Counted from the first letter of the stretch, positions 1-11,505 are shown. The stretch is DNA of 64,000 bases from Phormidesmis sp. (GCA_965248535.1 CBDFJR010000005.1:1344001-1408000); one strand, 5' to 3'. A program made the numbers and translations. Notes: generated from the sequence alone by a model not told the origin.

Positions 1-292
1 AAAATTCGCACAAAATCATCAGATGAGACGAGATGAACTCGTGATCAAAAACCGTTCTTGCCCCTTCATCGTATTTTAGAATTCTTTGATGTTGCTTGGT
101 TTTACTGAATTTAGTATCAAGAATTGATGAAGAAATACTGGTTATGTAGTCTACCAGGCTTCACAAAATTCTGGTAGCCTACCAAAACGGCGTTGATCGC
201 TGCATTTGAGGCAAGCTGAACTCTCGCAGATGAGGGTTTGAATTAAGATCGCCGCTAAGACTTGGATAACCACCCTCTCTCACTAAACATTT

Positions 293-1711
293 ATGTACGA
301 AAAAATCACCCCTCCAACCACAGGTGCCGCTATTACATTTAAAGAGGGTGAGCCGATCGTCCCTGATCACCCGATTATTCCGTTTATTCGCGGTGACGGC
401 ACGGGGATCGATCTCTGGCCCGCCTCTGAGAAGGTGTTTGATGCTGCCGTGAAAGCCGCCTATGGGGATCAGCGCAAGATCACCTGGTTCAAGGTCTACG
501 CGGGCGATGAGGCGTGTGAGCAATATGGCACTTATGAGTATTTGCCCGAAGACACGCTAGCCGCGATTCGAGAGTTTGGAGTGGCGATTAAGGGCCCGTT
601 GACGACTCCGATCGGGGGTGGCATTCGATCGCTCAATGTCGCTCTCCGTCAGATTTTTGACCTCTATGCTTGCGTCCGCCCCTGCAAATATTACACGGGC
701 ACGCCGTCACCTCACAAAACTCCAGAAAAGCTAGATGTGATTATCTACCGTGAGAATACGGAGGATATCTATTTGGGGATCGAGTGGAAACAGGGGAGTG
801 AGATTGGCGATCGCTTGATCAAACTGCTCAACGAAGATCTGATCCCCAGCACGCCCGAACACGGCAAAAAGCAGATTCCGTTAGATTCGGGGATCGGCAT
901 TAAACCGATCAGCAAAAAGGGGTCTCAGCGGCTCGTGCGTCGGGCCATGCAGCACGCCCTGCGGTTGCCCAAAAATAAGCAAATGGTGACGCTGGTTCAC
1001 AAAGGCAACATCATGAAATATACCGAAGGGGCCTTTCGAGATTGGGGCTATGAGTTGGCGATCGAGGAGTTTCGGTCAGAATGCGTGACTGAGCGCGAGT
1101 CCTGGATTTTGGGCAACAAAGAGAAAAATCCAGATCTGTCTCTCGAAGACAACGCCCGTCAGATTGATCCCGGTTACGATTCGCTGACGGCTGAAAAGCA
1201 AGCTGCCATCTGCGAAGAGGTCAAATCGGTCTTAGATGCGATTTGGGAGACGCACGGATCGGGGCAATGGAAAGAGAAAGTCATGGTCAACGATCGCATC
1301 GCTGACAGCATTTTTCAGCAGATTCAAACCCGCCCAGATGAATATTCAATTTTGGCAACGATGAATCTGAATGGAGACTACTTATCGGATGCGGCGGCAG
1401 CGATCGTGGGCGGTTTGGGCATGGGCCCCGGTGCAAATATCGGCGATTCGTCGGCTATTTTCGAGGCCACTCACGGCACCGCCCCTAAACACGCAGGACT
1501 CGATCGCGTCAATCCCGGTTCGGTGATTCTCTCTGGCGTGATGATGCTGGAGTTTATGGGCTGGCAAGAAGCGGCCGATTTGATTAAAAAAGGATTGAGC
1601 GCGGCGATCGCCAACAGTGAGGTCACTTACGACTTAGCCCGCATGATGGAGCCTCCGGTGGAGCCATTAAAGTGCTCTGAATTTGCAGATGCAATTATTA
1701 GCCACTTCTAA
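293..1711 (+). CDS. icd: NADP-dependent isocitrate dehydrogenase
   Basis: [46 protein letters not shown] and [10 protein letters not shown] motifs. Confidence 0.98.
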   Translation: MYEKITPPTTGAAITFKEGEPIVPDHPIIPFIRGDGTGIDLWPASEKVFDAAVKAAYGDQRKITWFKVYAGDEACEQYGTYEYLPEDTLAAIREFGVAIKGPLTTPIGGGIRSLNVALRQIFDLYACVRPCKYYTGTPSPHKTPEKLDVIIYRENTEDIYLGIEWKQGSEIGDRLIKLLNEDLIPSTPEHGKKQIPLDSGIGIKPISKKGSQRLVRRAMQHALRLPKNKQMVTLVHKGNIMKYTEGAFRDWGYELAIEEFRSECVTERESWILGNKEKNPDLSLEDNARQIDPGYDSLTAEKQAAICEEVKSVLDAIWETHGSGQWKEKVMVNDRIADSIFQQIQTRPDEYSILATMNLNGDYLSDAAAAIVGGLGMGPGANIGDSSAIFEATHGTAPKHAGLDRVNPGSVILSGVMMLEFMGWQEAADLIKKGLSAAIANSEVTYDLARMMEPPVEPLKCSEFADAIISHF

Positions 1712-1722
1712 AAACTCCTAGA

Positions 1723-1754
1723 AGACCTCCGACTTTTTAAAAAGTCGGAGGTCT
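1723..1754. terminator. Perfect 32-bp palindrome between convergent icd and ndhO; likely bidirectional terminator or small dispersed repeat
   Basis: AGACCTCCGACTTTTT/AAAAAGTCGGAGGTCT. Confidence 0.7.
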
Positions 1755-1762
1755 GGATTAAA

Positions 1763-1978
1763 TTAACTGAATGGCTCTATCTGATCAACTCGCAGCCAAA
1801 CGTTAGGAGTCGGGACGATGCCAAACTTGATAAAGGCAAAATCCCCTTTTAGATCGATGACTTCACCTTTAGTTTCAAAAATATAGCTAGGAAATCGCGA
1901 GTCGCTGGCCTTGGCTTCCAGACTATCCTCTAGCTTTTCTCGTACCGCCCGCACCAAGTCACCTTTTTTGATTGCCAT
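1763..1978 (-). CDS. ndhO: NAD(P)H-quinone oxidoreductase (NDH-1) subunit O
   Basis: [40 protein letters not shown]...[12 protein letters not shown]; start trimmed to ATG at 1978. Confidence 0.92.
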   Translation of the reverse strand: MAIKKGDLVRAVREKLEDSLEAKASDSRFPSYIFETKGEVIDLKGDFAFIKFGIVPTPNVWLRVDQIEPFS

Positions 1979-2027
1979 AGCCCACCTCGAAATTACTCTA
2001 CTTAGCATTTTAATGAGTTCGGAGTCT

Positions 2028-3146
2028 CTATTTCAGCCGATTTTGAGCAGATTTCATCAGTTTTTGCGCGTCTGAATAGTGAGTTGTGCCGGGTTTCACG
2101 TTGGCAAGTTCGTCAATAATTTCTTTTAGCTGAAGGGCGACGCGCCCTCTATATACCCCTTGGGGATTGTTTGTCGTCTCTTCTAAAAGGCGATTGGTCA
2201 ACTGTTGAGCTTTCTCAAAGGCCTGTGCTGACTCCTGTTCAGCTTTCATTTGCACCTCGACTCCGCCCAAGGCTTTTTGGTAGCTGATGAGTTGGGTCTG
2301 GGCTGGCACATAGTCTGGGTCGCTGACCTTAACCTCTTTGACGCGATCGACGGCCATCTCCCAGAGTTTTTGAATCGCCTCTAGCTCGGCCAGAGAGTGA
2401 GGGGGGTTTTGTGCGGATTTGGTTGCTTCAGCAGCAAACTGTTTGGCGACAGTGATTAAGCTTCCAGTCCGAGTGTTGTCTTTGGTGAAGCCAACGACCT
2501 GTTGAAAATCTCGCTCGTAGGCTTTGAGTTTGCCTTGGGCCATTCGCCCCGCTAGAGTGGCTGAAGGAATTTGTTGCATCGTGTCGATCGCGGTTTGCCA
2601 CTGCTCGATCGCTTTACTTTTTGCGGGCTGGTCGGTAGCTTGACGATAAGACTGCTGGGCTTCAGCGATCGCTTGATCGGACTGCTCAATTTGCGTGCGG
2701 GCGTTGTCTTCTTGAAACAGCGTAGCTTCCATGCGGGCCACCTCGGCACGAGCCGCCCGAAACTCATCGATCGTAAAGTTCCAGCCGCAGTGAAACAAAC
2801 TGCAATATTGACTGGGATAGTAGCCCACAAACCAGACTGGCAGAGCATCTAGATTTTTTTGCGCGGCTTGGGCTTTAGTTTTGCCTAGCTCAAAATCGGC
2901 AGGAGCCGTCGCTTGATTGATCAGTTGATCGGCTTGCTCGACGTTGACGATCGCTTGGCGATAGTTCTGATCCATGCTGATAAAACTTGGGATCAGCAAC
3001 AGAGGTGCCGATTTAGCAACCGCCCATCTCAAGGGAGCAAAGGGCAAATTGAGCACCCAAATGCCCCCGGCTAGGGCAATGAGGGCGATCGTGGAATTTT
3101 TTAGAGTTCCCCATGGAAAAGGGGCGCGATCGTGGCGGTCAGGCAT
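2028..3146 (-). CDS. Membrane-anchored helical/coiled-coil hypothetical protein
   Basis: Long ORF with an N-terminal hydrophobic segment followed by Ala/Gln-rich helices; start uncertain (ORF open to 3332). Confidence 0.7.
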   Translation of the reverse strand: MPDRHDRAPFPWGTLKNSTIALIALAGGIWVLNLPFAPLRWAVAKSAPLLLIPSFISMDQNYRQAIVNVEQADQLINQATAPADFELGKTKAQAAQKNLDALPVWFVGYYPSQYCSLFHCGWNFTIDEFRAARAEVARMEATLFQEDNARTQIEQSDQAIAEAQQSYRQATDQPAKSKAIEQWQTAIDTMQQIPSATLAGRMAQGKLKAYERDFQQVVGFTKDNTRTGSLITVAKQFAAEATKSAQNPPHSLAELEAIQKLWEMAVDRVKEVKVSDPDYVPAQTQLISYQKALGGVEVQMKAEQESAQAFEKAQQLTNRLLEETTNNPQGVYRGRVALQLKEIIDELANVKPGTTHYSDAQKLMKSAQNRLK

Positions 3147-3431
3147 AGCAGAAAAACTAAAACGACTCCTCTCTCCAGGATGCCCCAAGCAGTCTAGAGA
3201 CTTAAAAAGTCCGCTCGATCGAGCGGACTTTTCGGGGCAATCTGCAAATTTAGGATCAAGTCTGGCAGCGATCGACTGAAAATGCTGTAGGCACTGATGC
3301 TCACCCAACCCCAAGCAAACTAGCGATGCCATCGCCTCTGATGGGGCAAGCGTCAGTGCAATCAGGCTAAACCGCCTGCGGTATGTTGAAAAACTCCAGT
3401 CAATTGAGCCGCTGGAGATCAGCGCTGATGG

Positions 3432-3914
3432 TCAGGAGTTAGTGGTTTGAGTCGCCAGAAGTTGCTTGAGTTTCTCAAGGTCTTGTGCCCAGCGCGGATC
3501 GGGTTGAATCGAGTCAGGAGCAGACGAAGCCGCCGTGGTCGTGCTGCGGGTCTTGGTGTTGGCACTACTGCTTCCACCCTTGCGTCGAGCACCGCCCGAT
3601 GACGATGCAGCAGCACTCACCGGGGCGGGAGCGCTACTCCCTTCGGGCTTGTCTTCTGTCTCTTTGGTGCGAGGCAGCGCCTTCTCGATTTTGATGGCGT
3701 TGTCTTTGATCTGCAACCCGTTAAATTTTTCGATCAACTGATCGGCTAACTCATCGGTTTTGACCGTGACAAAGCCAAACCCGCGACATTTGCCCGTTTT
3801 GCGATCGGTGATCAGCTTGGCCGACACCCCATCGCCTTCTTCGGCAAACACGGCTTCTAGCTCTTGACGGGTTAAGTCTTCTGGCAAATTGCCAACATAT
3901 AAACGAATGGACAT
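3432..3914 (-). CDS. RRM RNA-binding protein with long C-terminus (Rbp3-type)
   Basis: RNP2 LYVGNL, RNP1 RGFGFVTV and C-terminal PDPRWAQDLEKLKQLL motif. Confidence 0.9.
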   Translation of the reverse strand: MSIRLYVGNLPEDLTRQELEAVFAEEGDGVSAKLITDRKTGKCRGFGFVTVKTDELADQLIEKFNGLQIKDNAIKIEKALPRTKETEDKPEGSSAPAPVSAAASSSGGARRKGGSSSANTKTRSTTTAASSAPDSIQPDPRWAQDLEKLKQLLATQTTNS

Positions 3915-4320
3915 AGTGAGAACCTCCAGACTTTGATCCTAGTACACTTGCTTTGAGAACGTTCACCTGATGCGGTCTGAGGATGGGCTAGGCCGACCTC
4001 TAAAAACTGCTAAACCCCCTCCCCAACCGCGCTAACTCAAGTAGTTCGTCAAATCTTAGGCTTTTAATCATCTGCTGACGACTGCCTCAAGATGAGTTGA
4101 GAACAATTCTTACTAAAAGAACCCCTAAGTTTTTGATGACTGCTGGAGGATTCAGACTAAACAGTAATTTTTAACTGGTTCCCCAGGATGTTCATGCCAT
4201 CCTTAAAAGTACCATGCCCATCAGCGCCGAACTTCACCCCCGGCAGATTTCCATCCCCCGCTTGATCTCTCCTTTAAAAACTGACGCGATCGCTCCAATT
4301 TTCTCTGTCTAGATGGATAT

Positions 4321-4435
4321 AAAAAACCAGCCATCGAAGCTCGATCGGCTGGTTAAGCTTGCTGTGTTGGGAGGAGAAATAGCCGATACCGAGACGCTTT
4401 AGCCACATTAATTGTGAAACACAGGACTGTAGACC
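4321..4435 (-). ncRNA. psrR1: Probable PsrR1 (SyR1)-like small RNA
   Basis: Minus strand has CCTGTGTTTCAC...CTCGGTATCGG, which I recall as the PsrR1 conserved blocks. It ends in an intrinsic terminator (4321-4354) and has an HLR1 box just upstream. The 5' end is approximate. Confidence 0.65.
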
Positions 4436-4451
4436 CGGCACTCTCTGACTC

Positions 4452-4469
4452 CTTGTAAAGAAATGTAAC
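4452..4469 (-). promoter_or_regulatory. HLR1 (RpaB-binding) direct repeat
   Basis: Minus strand GTTACATT-TC-TTTACAAG, close to (G/T)TTACA(T/A)(T/A)-N2-(G/T)TTACA(T/A)(T/A). Confidence 0.7.
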
Positions 4470-4514
4470 ATCACGTTTCCATAAATGCAACTTTTCTTTA
4501 CAAAAAAGGGTTTT

Positions 4515-6866
4515 CTAAATGATTAAGCAAAGCCCCAATAAGATGGCGGTGATCGCAAGCAGGGTAGACCAAATCTGATGCCCACTGCGGCTGATGCGAC
4601 TGCCCGATCGTAAGGTGTCCAGATCGATCCAGGGGGTTGCCCCGCGTCGAAGCCAGCCTGTGACTAGCACCGCTTGCCCGACTAGATCGGCGGGGCGAGT
4701 GACCGAGGGCAGCAGATTACCGACTGCGCCGACCTGGGAACAGTAGTGCAGCTTAATCAAGCCGTTTGCGGTTTGCAAGAGCAAATCTTGCCCTAGCCAG
4801 TTGGCGATGCCGATGCGTCCGATCAATCGCCCTTCTAAGCGAATGGGTTGGCTGTCGATCGGCAGCGCATCGGCTGCGGTCAGCCAGTTTGAGGGCAATG
4901 AGAGAGTTTCTGAAGGCGGCGGATCTGACTCGCTGGTTAAACGGGCGGACGATCGCGTTGACTCCAAACCATTGAGTTCTGGAAAGAACGTATTGAAGCG
5001 CAGAAAGATGCCCAACCCTAACCCGATGGACATAAACCCCGCAAACAGGTTGTAGTCACTCGCTAGCCAAGAAATTTGCTGCGCTCCAAATCGGTAGGCA
5101 ACCTGAGCCGCAAACCACAAAATCTGAGCGATCAGATAGCCTGCCGCCAGCCCAAAAAATGGCGCACCTTGCAGCCAGAACGATCGCGGGTTGCGATTCA
5201 CAGATTCAGATGGCTCAATCTCTAATTCTGGCTCTAGCTGCCAGTGCAGCGCATAGTGGGTAAGGCGTTGCAGCCGACTGCCCATGAGAGGATGAGAGTG
5301 GTTAATCGCTAACCAATCGCGATCGGGGTTAACCAGATCCCAGTCCAAAAGAGCCGTCAAAGACGTGTGAGGATAGAAGCTTCCCAGACTTGCGGCGGCT
5401 CCGTAGCTCAACGGCGTGAGCAGATCAAAGCCTTCTAGCAAATAATCGGTTTGAGTGTTTTGCTGAATCGTTTGCGCCGTAGCGATCGCGCTTTTGACTA
5501 AGGCGCGAATCAATCCATTTGGGTTTCCGGTTAGGTTGCAGGCTGCCCGATCGCTGTAGACTAGCCGCTGCCTTGAGAGCCACAGACCCGACCCGCGCAA
5601 AAGCCGATAAAAGCCATAGCTGACGGCAGACCCGATCGCCAACCCGTCAGACCCAATGCCCAATAAGACCGCCATTAGCTTACTGTCTCGCTGTCGCGCC
5701 GCACTGCTTTTGCGGAGCCAATCGCCTGCCGCTGCCGCTTGCCAGTAGAGCACATAGGGAATTTGCAGGACGATCGTCACCCAAGACATGAGGCTAAAAT
5801 CCCAGTGCAGAATGTGACCGAGTTCGCCTGCGTAGATAGCTGCGATTTCGTCATCGGTCAGTTGGTCGAGTAGGCCCTGACTGACGACAATTCGAGAAAA
5901 TCGCCGCAGAGAGCCGTAGGTAAACGCCAGAGGCGCGGAGGTGGGCACAACGCCCAGACGCGGCAGGGGCATTTTGTGCTGCTGACAAAAGCGCTGAATC
6001 AAGCGATAGGCTTCGGGGCTGTGAGTGCCTAGCGTAGTCGTCGAGAGGGGACGAAGGTGATAAAACCTTTTGAGCAGGGCATCCAGCAGCCAAGGAGAGG
6101 TAACCAACAGCCCGGCCAAGATCACGAGAATCGTGACAACCGGAATATCTGACGACGGAATTGGACTACCCCAGCGCAGAATGCTGGTGGTGAACTTGAA
6201 CCAGATCAGCCCGATCGCGTTCACGACCCCAAACACGCTGGTGATTAGCGCAAAAAGCACGATCGGGGTTGCCATTTCTGCCCACTGCAACCGAGCCGGG
6301 TTGAGTCTAATTAAAGGTTGCCAGCGCTGCGATCGTCCGGCACTGCGCCAAATAGTCGAATTTGGAGGAGCCGCTGCGGATTTTTTAGCGGATTTTTCAA
6401 CAGCCGTAGCAGGTTGAGGGACGGGTGGAGAGTCTACATTTTGAGCAGATGGCTGACCCGTTACCCCGGCGCTGGTTGGGGGCACGAAGACCGATCGCTG
6501 TGCCTGGGTCTCAGACCCAGGCACAAATCCGGCTAGGTCTGGGGTTTCCTCGACTTCAGAAGAGGATGGATATCGCTGCTCAATCTCTTCTAACGTCTGA
6601 CTGGCCCAATCTCTGACTTTGCCATTAGCGCTAGAAAGCAGGTGTTGGCAAACGGCGATCGCCTTTTTAGATCGCCCACTTCGCAGATAGACCGTCGCCA
6701 ACCACATGCGCGCCTTGATCGAGTCGGGCTGTTCTAGGGCACCCGCTTGAGACACCAGATAGCGCTCTAAGTGCTGAATCGCCTGGGGATAGTTGCCCTG
6801 TTTGATTGCTGCCAGACCCGCTTCGAGACGATTTGCACCCGAAGCAGCATCAGGGGAAGAAGTCAT
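4515..6866 (-). CDS. TPR + M48 (HtpX-like) membrane metallopeptidase-family protein with degenerate active site
   Basis: N-terminal TPR-like helices; PLAFTYG...IVVSQGLLDQLTDDEIAAIYAGELGH; SDRAACNLTGNP; HSHP..GSRL. Confidence 0.8.
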   Translation of the reverse strand: MTSSPDAASGANRLEAGLAAIKQGNYPQAIQHLERYLVSQAGALEQPDSIKARMWLATVYLRSGRSKKAIAVCQHLLSSANGKVRDWASQTLEEIEQRYPSSSEVEETPDLAGFVPGSETQAQRSVFVPPTSAGVTGQPSAQNVDSPPVPQPATAVEKSAKKSAAAPPNSTIWRSAGRSQRWQPLIRLNPARLQWAEMATPIVLFALITSVFGVVNAIGLIWFKFTTSILRWGSPIPSSDIPVVTILVILAGLLVTSPWLLDALLKRFYHLRPLSTTTLGTHSPEAYRLIQRFCQQHKMPLPRLGVVPTSAPLAFTYGSLRRFSRIVVSQGLLDQLTDDEIAAIYAGELGHILHWDFSLMSWVTIVLQIPYVLYWQAAAAGDWLRKSSAARQRDSKLMAVLLGIGSDGLAIGSAVSYGFYRLLRGSGLWLSRQRLVYSDRAACNLTGNPNGLIRALVKSAIATAQTIQQNTQTDYLLEGFDLLTPLSYGAAASLGSFYPHTSLTALLDWDLVNPDRDWLAINHSHPLMGSRLQRLTHYALHWQLEPELEIEPSESVNRNPRSFWLQGAPFFGLAAGYLIAQILWFAAQVAYRFGAQQISWLASDYNLFAGFMSIGLGLGIFLRFNTFFPELNGLESTRSSARLTSESDPPPSETLSLPSNWLTAADALPIDSQPIRLEGRLIGRIGIANWLGQDLLLQTANGLIKLHYCSQVGAVGNLLPSVTRPADLVGQAVLVTGWLRRGATPWIDLDTLRSGSRISRSGHQIWSTLLAITAILLGLCLII

Positions 6867-6901
6867 AGGTTTCCTGAATGCACAGCGCCTCTAGGATACC
6901 C

Positions 6902-8530
6902 CTATAGGGCGGTTGGCTCTTTCCCAGAAACTACGGGGGCGATCGAGTTCAGGCTTAACTCAGGGTGATCGGCTTGAAGCTGCTGACAGTTCCACTCGTT
7001 GCGAAACAGTAAGACAGGGCGCTCCCAGCTATCTTTGACCGTCAACGTGTTGAAAATTCGTCCGACTTTTTGCAGCGCCTCCCAGCCACCCTCAACCCAG
7101 CGCGCCACCGTGTAAGGCAGCCACTCGACCGTCGTCTCGACCCCATATTCGTTTTGCAGACGAAACTGCACGACTTCAAACTGCAACTGCCCAACGGCCG
7201 CTAAGATCGGGTCGCGTTTGGCTTCGTCGGCCGAATACATAATCTGCACAGCCCCTTCTTCTCGAAGCTCAGACACGCCCTTGCGGAACTGCTTAAACTT
7301 AGACGGGTTGGGGTTTCTCAAATAGGCAAATAGCTCTGGCGAAAAGCAAGGAATGCCTTCATATTCCAGCCTTTGCCCGTTGTAGATGGTGTCTCCGATC
7401 GCAAACACGCCCGGATTATTCAAACCAATCACATCACCGGGGTAGGCTTCTTCGATCACTTCTCGATCTTGAGCAAAGAGCTTTTGAGGACGAGACAGCC
7501 GCACGGTTTTGCCAGTCCGAGCAAGGCTGACGGTCATATCTTTCTCAAACTTGCCCGAACAGACTCGCACAAAGGCGACCCGATCGCGGTGTTTAGGGTC
7601 CATATTGGCCTGAAGCTTGAACACAAACCCCGAAAACTCTGGATAGGTCGGGGCAATTTCACCCTGACTGCTGTCGTGATTGCCCGGCTTGAGCGCGTAA
7701 TCAAGGAAGGCATCTAAAAATAGCTCGACTCCAAAGTTGGTCATCGCACTCCCAAAGAAAACGGGAGTCATTTTGCCTTGATGAACGGCTTCTAGATCAA
7801 GCTCGGGCCCTACGCCCTCGATCAGTTCCAACTCGTCTTTGAACTGATGATAAAGCCCCTGCTCTAACAGCGACTCAATGCGCGGATCACCGAGATCGAT
7901 CGCCGTGTCGATCGCTTCTCGTGTGCCGTGTTGACTGCGCTCAAATAAGTGAATCTGCTGACTGCGGCGATCGTAGACTCCCTGAAACAGATCGCCCATG
8001 CCGATGGGCCAATTCACCGCGTAGGTTTGCAAGCCTAGCTCTTGCTCGATTTCGTCCAATAGCTCTAGCGGCGTGCGGCCGGGACGATCGAGCTTATTGA
8101 CAAAGGTAAAAGTGGGCAGCGATCGCAGCTTGCAGACTTCAAACAGCTTGCGGGTTTGCGGCTCTAGACCTTTGGCAGCATCGATCAGCATGACTGCATT
8201 ATCGGCGGCGGCTAACGTCCGGTAGGTGTCTTCACTAAAGTCTTGGTGTCCGGGTGTGTCGAGCAGATTGATCTGACATTTTTGATACTCAAATTGCAGC
8301 ACGGTGGAGGTGATCGAGATGCCGCGCTGTTGCTCCATGGCCATCCAGTCTGAGGTGGCGTGGCGTTGAGAACGACGGGCTTTGACGGCTCCGGCTTCAT
8401 GAATGGCACCGCCGTAGAGCAGCAGCTTTTCAGTCAGGGTCGTTTTGCCTGCGTCAGGGTGAGAAATAATTGCAAAATTGCGTCGCCGCTCAACTGCTGT
8501 TTGCAATTCAGCCTGAAGTTCAGTGGACAT
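6902..8530 (-). CDS. prfC: Peptide chain release factor 3
   Basis: [53 protein letters not shown]. Confidence 0.98.
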   Translation of the reverse strand: MSTELQAELQTAVERRRNFAIISHPDAGKTTLTEKLLLYGGAIHEAGAVKARRSQRHATSDWMAMEQQRGISITSTVLQFEYQKCQINLLDTPGHQDFSEDTYRTLAAADNAVMLIDAAKGLEPQTRKLFEVCKLRSLPTFTFVNKLDRPGRTPLELLDEIEQELGLQTYAVNWPIGMGDLFQGVYDRRSQQIHLFERSQHGTREAIDTAIDLGDPRIESLLEQGLYHQFKDELELIEGVGPELDLEAVHQGKMTPVFFGSAMTNFGVELFLDAFLDYALKPGNHDSSQGEIAPTYPEFSGFVFKLQANMDPKHRDRVAFVRVCSGKFEKDMTVSLARTGKTVRLSRPQKLFAQDREVIEEAYPGDVIGLNNPGVFAIGDTIYNGQRLEYEGIPCFSPELFAYLRNPNPSKFKQFRKGVSELREEGAVQIMYSADEAKRDPILAAVGQLQFEVVQFRLQNEYGVETTVEWLPYTVARWVEGGWEALQKVGRIFNTLTVKDSWERPVLLFRNEWNCQQLQADHPELSLNSIAPVVSGKEPTAL

Positions 8531-8683
8531 ACTTAAATCCGAGAGATAGATTCGAGGAAACCCAGAAGTTTCACAATACCTTAAAGATAACGAGAAATGG
8601 CATGAGCGCGTAGAGTGTCAATTTCCCACGGCTTAAACTCCGATCGCTTCTTGTAAAAAAACGCCCGATAGACGTAACCGATT

Positions 8684-9031
8684 ATGGAAAACTCTGATCA
8701 ACGCAAGCTATTGTCTGCTCTCAGTCACGGCTCTATTTTCTTGAGTTCTTTACTGATCTCGATTGGCATCCCCGTGGCGATTTTGGTGATCTCAGACGAC
8801 CCGATCGTCAAAGAAAACGCTAGAGAAGCGATCAACTTTCACATCAATCTTTACCTTTATGCGGCGTTGGCGGCGGTGCTGGCGGTTACGATCGTGGGTA
8901 TCCCGATCGCAATCGTGCTGGGAATCGCGCTGCTAGTCGCTAGCTTTCTCATGCCGATTTTGGCCATTGTGACCGCCTTGGGTGACCCGACTCGACCCTA
9001 CCACTATCCCCTGATCTGGCGACTGGTCTAA
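8684..9031 (+). CDS. DUF4870 family small membrane protein
   Basis: LLSALSHGSIF...DDPIVKENAREAINFH...PYHYPLIWRL; paralog at 49087-49440. Confidence 0.8.
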   Translation: MENSDQRKLLSALSHGSIFLSSLLISIGIPVAILVISDDPIVKENAREAINFHINLYLYAALAAVLAVTIVGIPIAIVLGIALLVASFLMPILAIVTALGDPTRPYHYPLIWRLV

Positions 9032-9351
9032 CTTTATCAAAACTTAATCGCAGCCTTGTGTATTTGCGGACTTTGCTCTGTAGGATATAGAGTAACTATC
9101 AGGGAATTGCGGACGAAATCTCAGTGAGATTGACTACCTTAAGCATCTACATTACGCAATAGAAAATCATTCAGAATTGGGACTGATAGCCCTCAAAATC
9201 AGCAAAGAGCTTTCAGAACCGATCTCTGGTATGGGTCACGTTGGGGTTGATGTGAGCAGGTATAAAATTTTCATTGGCTTTGATCTGCCAGCCGTTGGCA
9301 TCGCCATAATTCTTCTAAATTCTACAGTCGAGCAATTATGGAGCATTTGTC

Positions 9352-11505
9352 ATGAACTCTAGTAGTGACTTGCTCACCGCTGCGCCGCTGCTGCCGAGCA
9401 CTGGGCTACGGGCGCTTGATACCAGCAGCCGAGTTGCGTCTGCTCAAAGCAGCCTCACTACAGATCTGCTGTGGCGGAATTCTGCTGAGGGCACCAACAC
9501 CACTTGGTCAATGGATGGGACGCGCTATGTCAAAAATCGCGATCTAACCCCGGTCAAAGACCCTAACTGGCAGCTAGTCGCCACCGGAGACTATAACCGA
9601 GACGGGCAAGACGACCTGCTCTGGCGCAACTCTGACGGCAATCTTGCCTGGTGGGTAATGAATGGCACCTCGATCGTTAAGGCCATTTATCTGACCACGC
9701 CCGCCGTCAAAGACCTCACCTGGCAAATCGTCGGCACGGGCGATTATAACCAAGATGGGCAGGTCGATCTGCTCTGGCGCAACTCTGTCGATGGCTCGGT
9801 TGCCTGGTGGGTGATGAATGGCACCTCGATCGCCAGTCCTGTCTATTTGCCAACGCTCAAAGATGCCAATCTGACGATCGTGGGCACAGGCGATGTCAAT
9901 CAAGATAAACAAGTCGATTTGCTCTGGCGCAATGCTGCGACAGGAGAAAACTTTTGGTGGGTGACCAACGGCAGCGCTGTCATCGAAAAGCGAGTCTTGC
10001 CCCCCGTCACTGACCCAAATTGGAAGATCGTGGGCACAGGCGACTTTAATGGAGATGCAAAAGCTGATCTAATATGGCGCAATTCCACCACAGGGGCCAA
10101 TAGCCTGTGGCTGATGAACGGGGTAGATGTCATTGACACAGTGGCTCTTCCAACAGTTGCCGATCAGAATTGGAAAATCATGGGGGTTTTGCGCCGTCCT
10201 GTTGAGGAGGGGTCGCCCGTGGTGGTGGCTGCGCCCACTACTTTATCAGTGGCTGAAAAGCCAATTCTCGCGACCTCCCCTACCGGAACCCTCGCCGCCG
10301 CGATCGTGCAAAAGTCGGTCAGCTTTTCGACCAGTGCTCAGGTAAACGCGGGTCATCTCAATGACTTCTATCAGGTGACGATCGCTCAGTCTGGGGTGTT
10401 TAACGCTAGTTTGACGGGGCTGTCTGGCGATGCCGATGTGCGCCTCGTGCAAGACGTTAACCAAAACCGCGAGATTGACCCCGGTGAAGTGTTGGCATGG
10501 CAGTGGGAGCGAGGCACCATCAGCGAATCGATTCGGCGGTTTTTGACGGCGGGCACCTATTATGTGCAGGTGATGAGCTATGGCAATCAGACCGCAAACT
10601 ATGGGCTGACGACCAGCTTTAGCGCGGCGATCAACGACGACCAAAAATTTGAGTTTAAGCTTGATTTTGATCAGCAGGGGTTGAATGGGTTGACCGAGGC
10701 AGCCAAAGCGGCGATCGTCGATGCCGCCAAATTTTGGGAAAGCGCCATCACCAGCCGCAGCGCCATCACTCGCTCAAATCAGTTAACCGTCACGCTCACG
10801 GGCAAAAGCTTGGTCTATAGCAATGGCAGTGCTGACACCGGAACTCTGGCATTATCTGGGCCCCAGTTTGCTCTGGATGGCCCCAATTTAATCATTAATA
10901 GTGGCACCAGCACGCTCAACGCCCGTCGATTTGGCGAATTCAATGCCAACCCTACCTATCTACGCAGCCTGATGATTCATGAGTTTGCTCACGTTTTAGG
11001 GTTTGGCACGCTGTGGGAGCCTGTTCAATTTATGAGTTCTACGGGGCAGGTGTTTAACGTTGGCAAAAATTTGATCAACCGCAGCAACGTAACCTATAAC
11101 GCCAACACTTATGCCGGATGGGCATTTGGAGAACTGACGGGCAGTTTTACTCAAACGGCCGTTCCGATCGAACCAGGAGCCTTTGCTCACTGGGATGAAA
11201 CCCGCTTTGACACCGAGTTGATGACTCCCTACGCCGAAAACCCTGGAGTCGCCACGCCCCTTAGTCAGTTAACGCTGGCTGCCCTGAGAGATCTAGGCTG
11301 GAACCTCAACTTTGGAGTGGCTCAAGCCTACTCATTGCCGCCCGTTACTTCAGAGGCTCCGGTGGTCACGTTAGCGCCCGTGATTCAAAGCGCTCCGGTG
11401 GCTGCCTCGATTAGCTGTGGGTGTGCTCGGTGTTTGTCAGCCTCATCTAAGGTTTACGCACTCAGCGGCGCAACGTTGACAGAAACAATCGGCGATCGGG
11501 TCTAG
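9352..11505 (+). CDS. FG-GAP/VCBS repeat + PPC domain + leishmanolysin-like zinc metalloprotease
   Basis: Repeated WQIVGTGDYNxDGQxDLLWRN units; LTGLSGDADVRL...AGTYYVQV (PPC-like); HEFAHVLGFG...HWDE...ELMTP. Confidence 0.8.
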   Translation: MNSSSDLLTAAPLLPSTGLRALDTSSRVASAQSSLTTDLLWRNSAEGTNTTWSMDGTRYVKNRDLTPVKDPNWQLVATGDYNRDGQDDLLWRNSDGNLAWWVMNGTSIVKAIYLTTPAVKDLTWQIVGTGDYNQDGQVDLLWRNSVDGSVAWWVMNGTSIASPVYLPTLKDANLTIVGTGDVNQDKQVDLLWRNAATGENFWWVTNGSAVIEKRVLPPVTDPNWKIVGTGDFNGDAKADLIWRNSTTGANSLWLMNGVDVIDTVALPTVADQNWKIMGVLRRPVEEGSPVVVAAPTTLSVAEKPILATSPTGTLAAAIVQKSVSFSTSAQVNAGHLNDFYQVTIAQSGVFNASLTGLSGDADVRLVQDVNQNREIDPGEVLAWQWERGTISESIRRFLTAGTYYVQVMSYGNQTANYGLTTSFSAAINDDQKFEFKLDFDQQGLNGLTEAAKAAIVDAAKFWESAITSRSAITRSNQLTVTLTGKSLVYSNGSADTGTLALSGPQFALDGPNLIINSGTSTLNARRFGEFNANPTYLRSLMIHEFAHVLGFGTLWEPVQFMSSTGQVFNVGKNLINRSNVTYNANTYAGWAFGELTGSFTQTAVPIEPGAFAHWDETRFDTELMTPYAENPGVATPLSQLTLAALRDLGWNLNFGVAQAYSLPPVTSEAPVVTLAPVIQSAPVAASISCGCARCLSASSKVYALSGATLTETIGDRV

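Noticed and set aside
141..154. NtcA site upstream of icd (GTT-N8-TAC)
   Set aside because: It has a mismatch to consensus, and the nearest TAN3T is 20 nt away rather than about 22.
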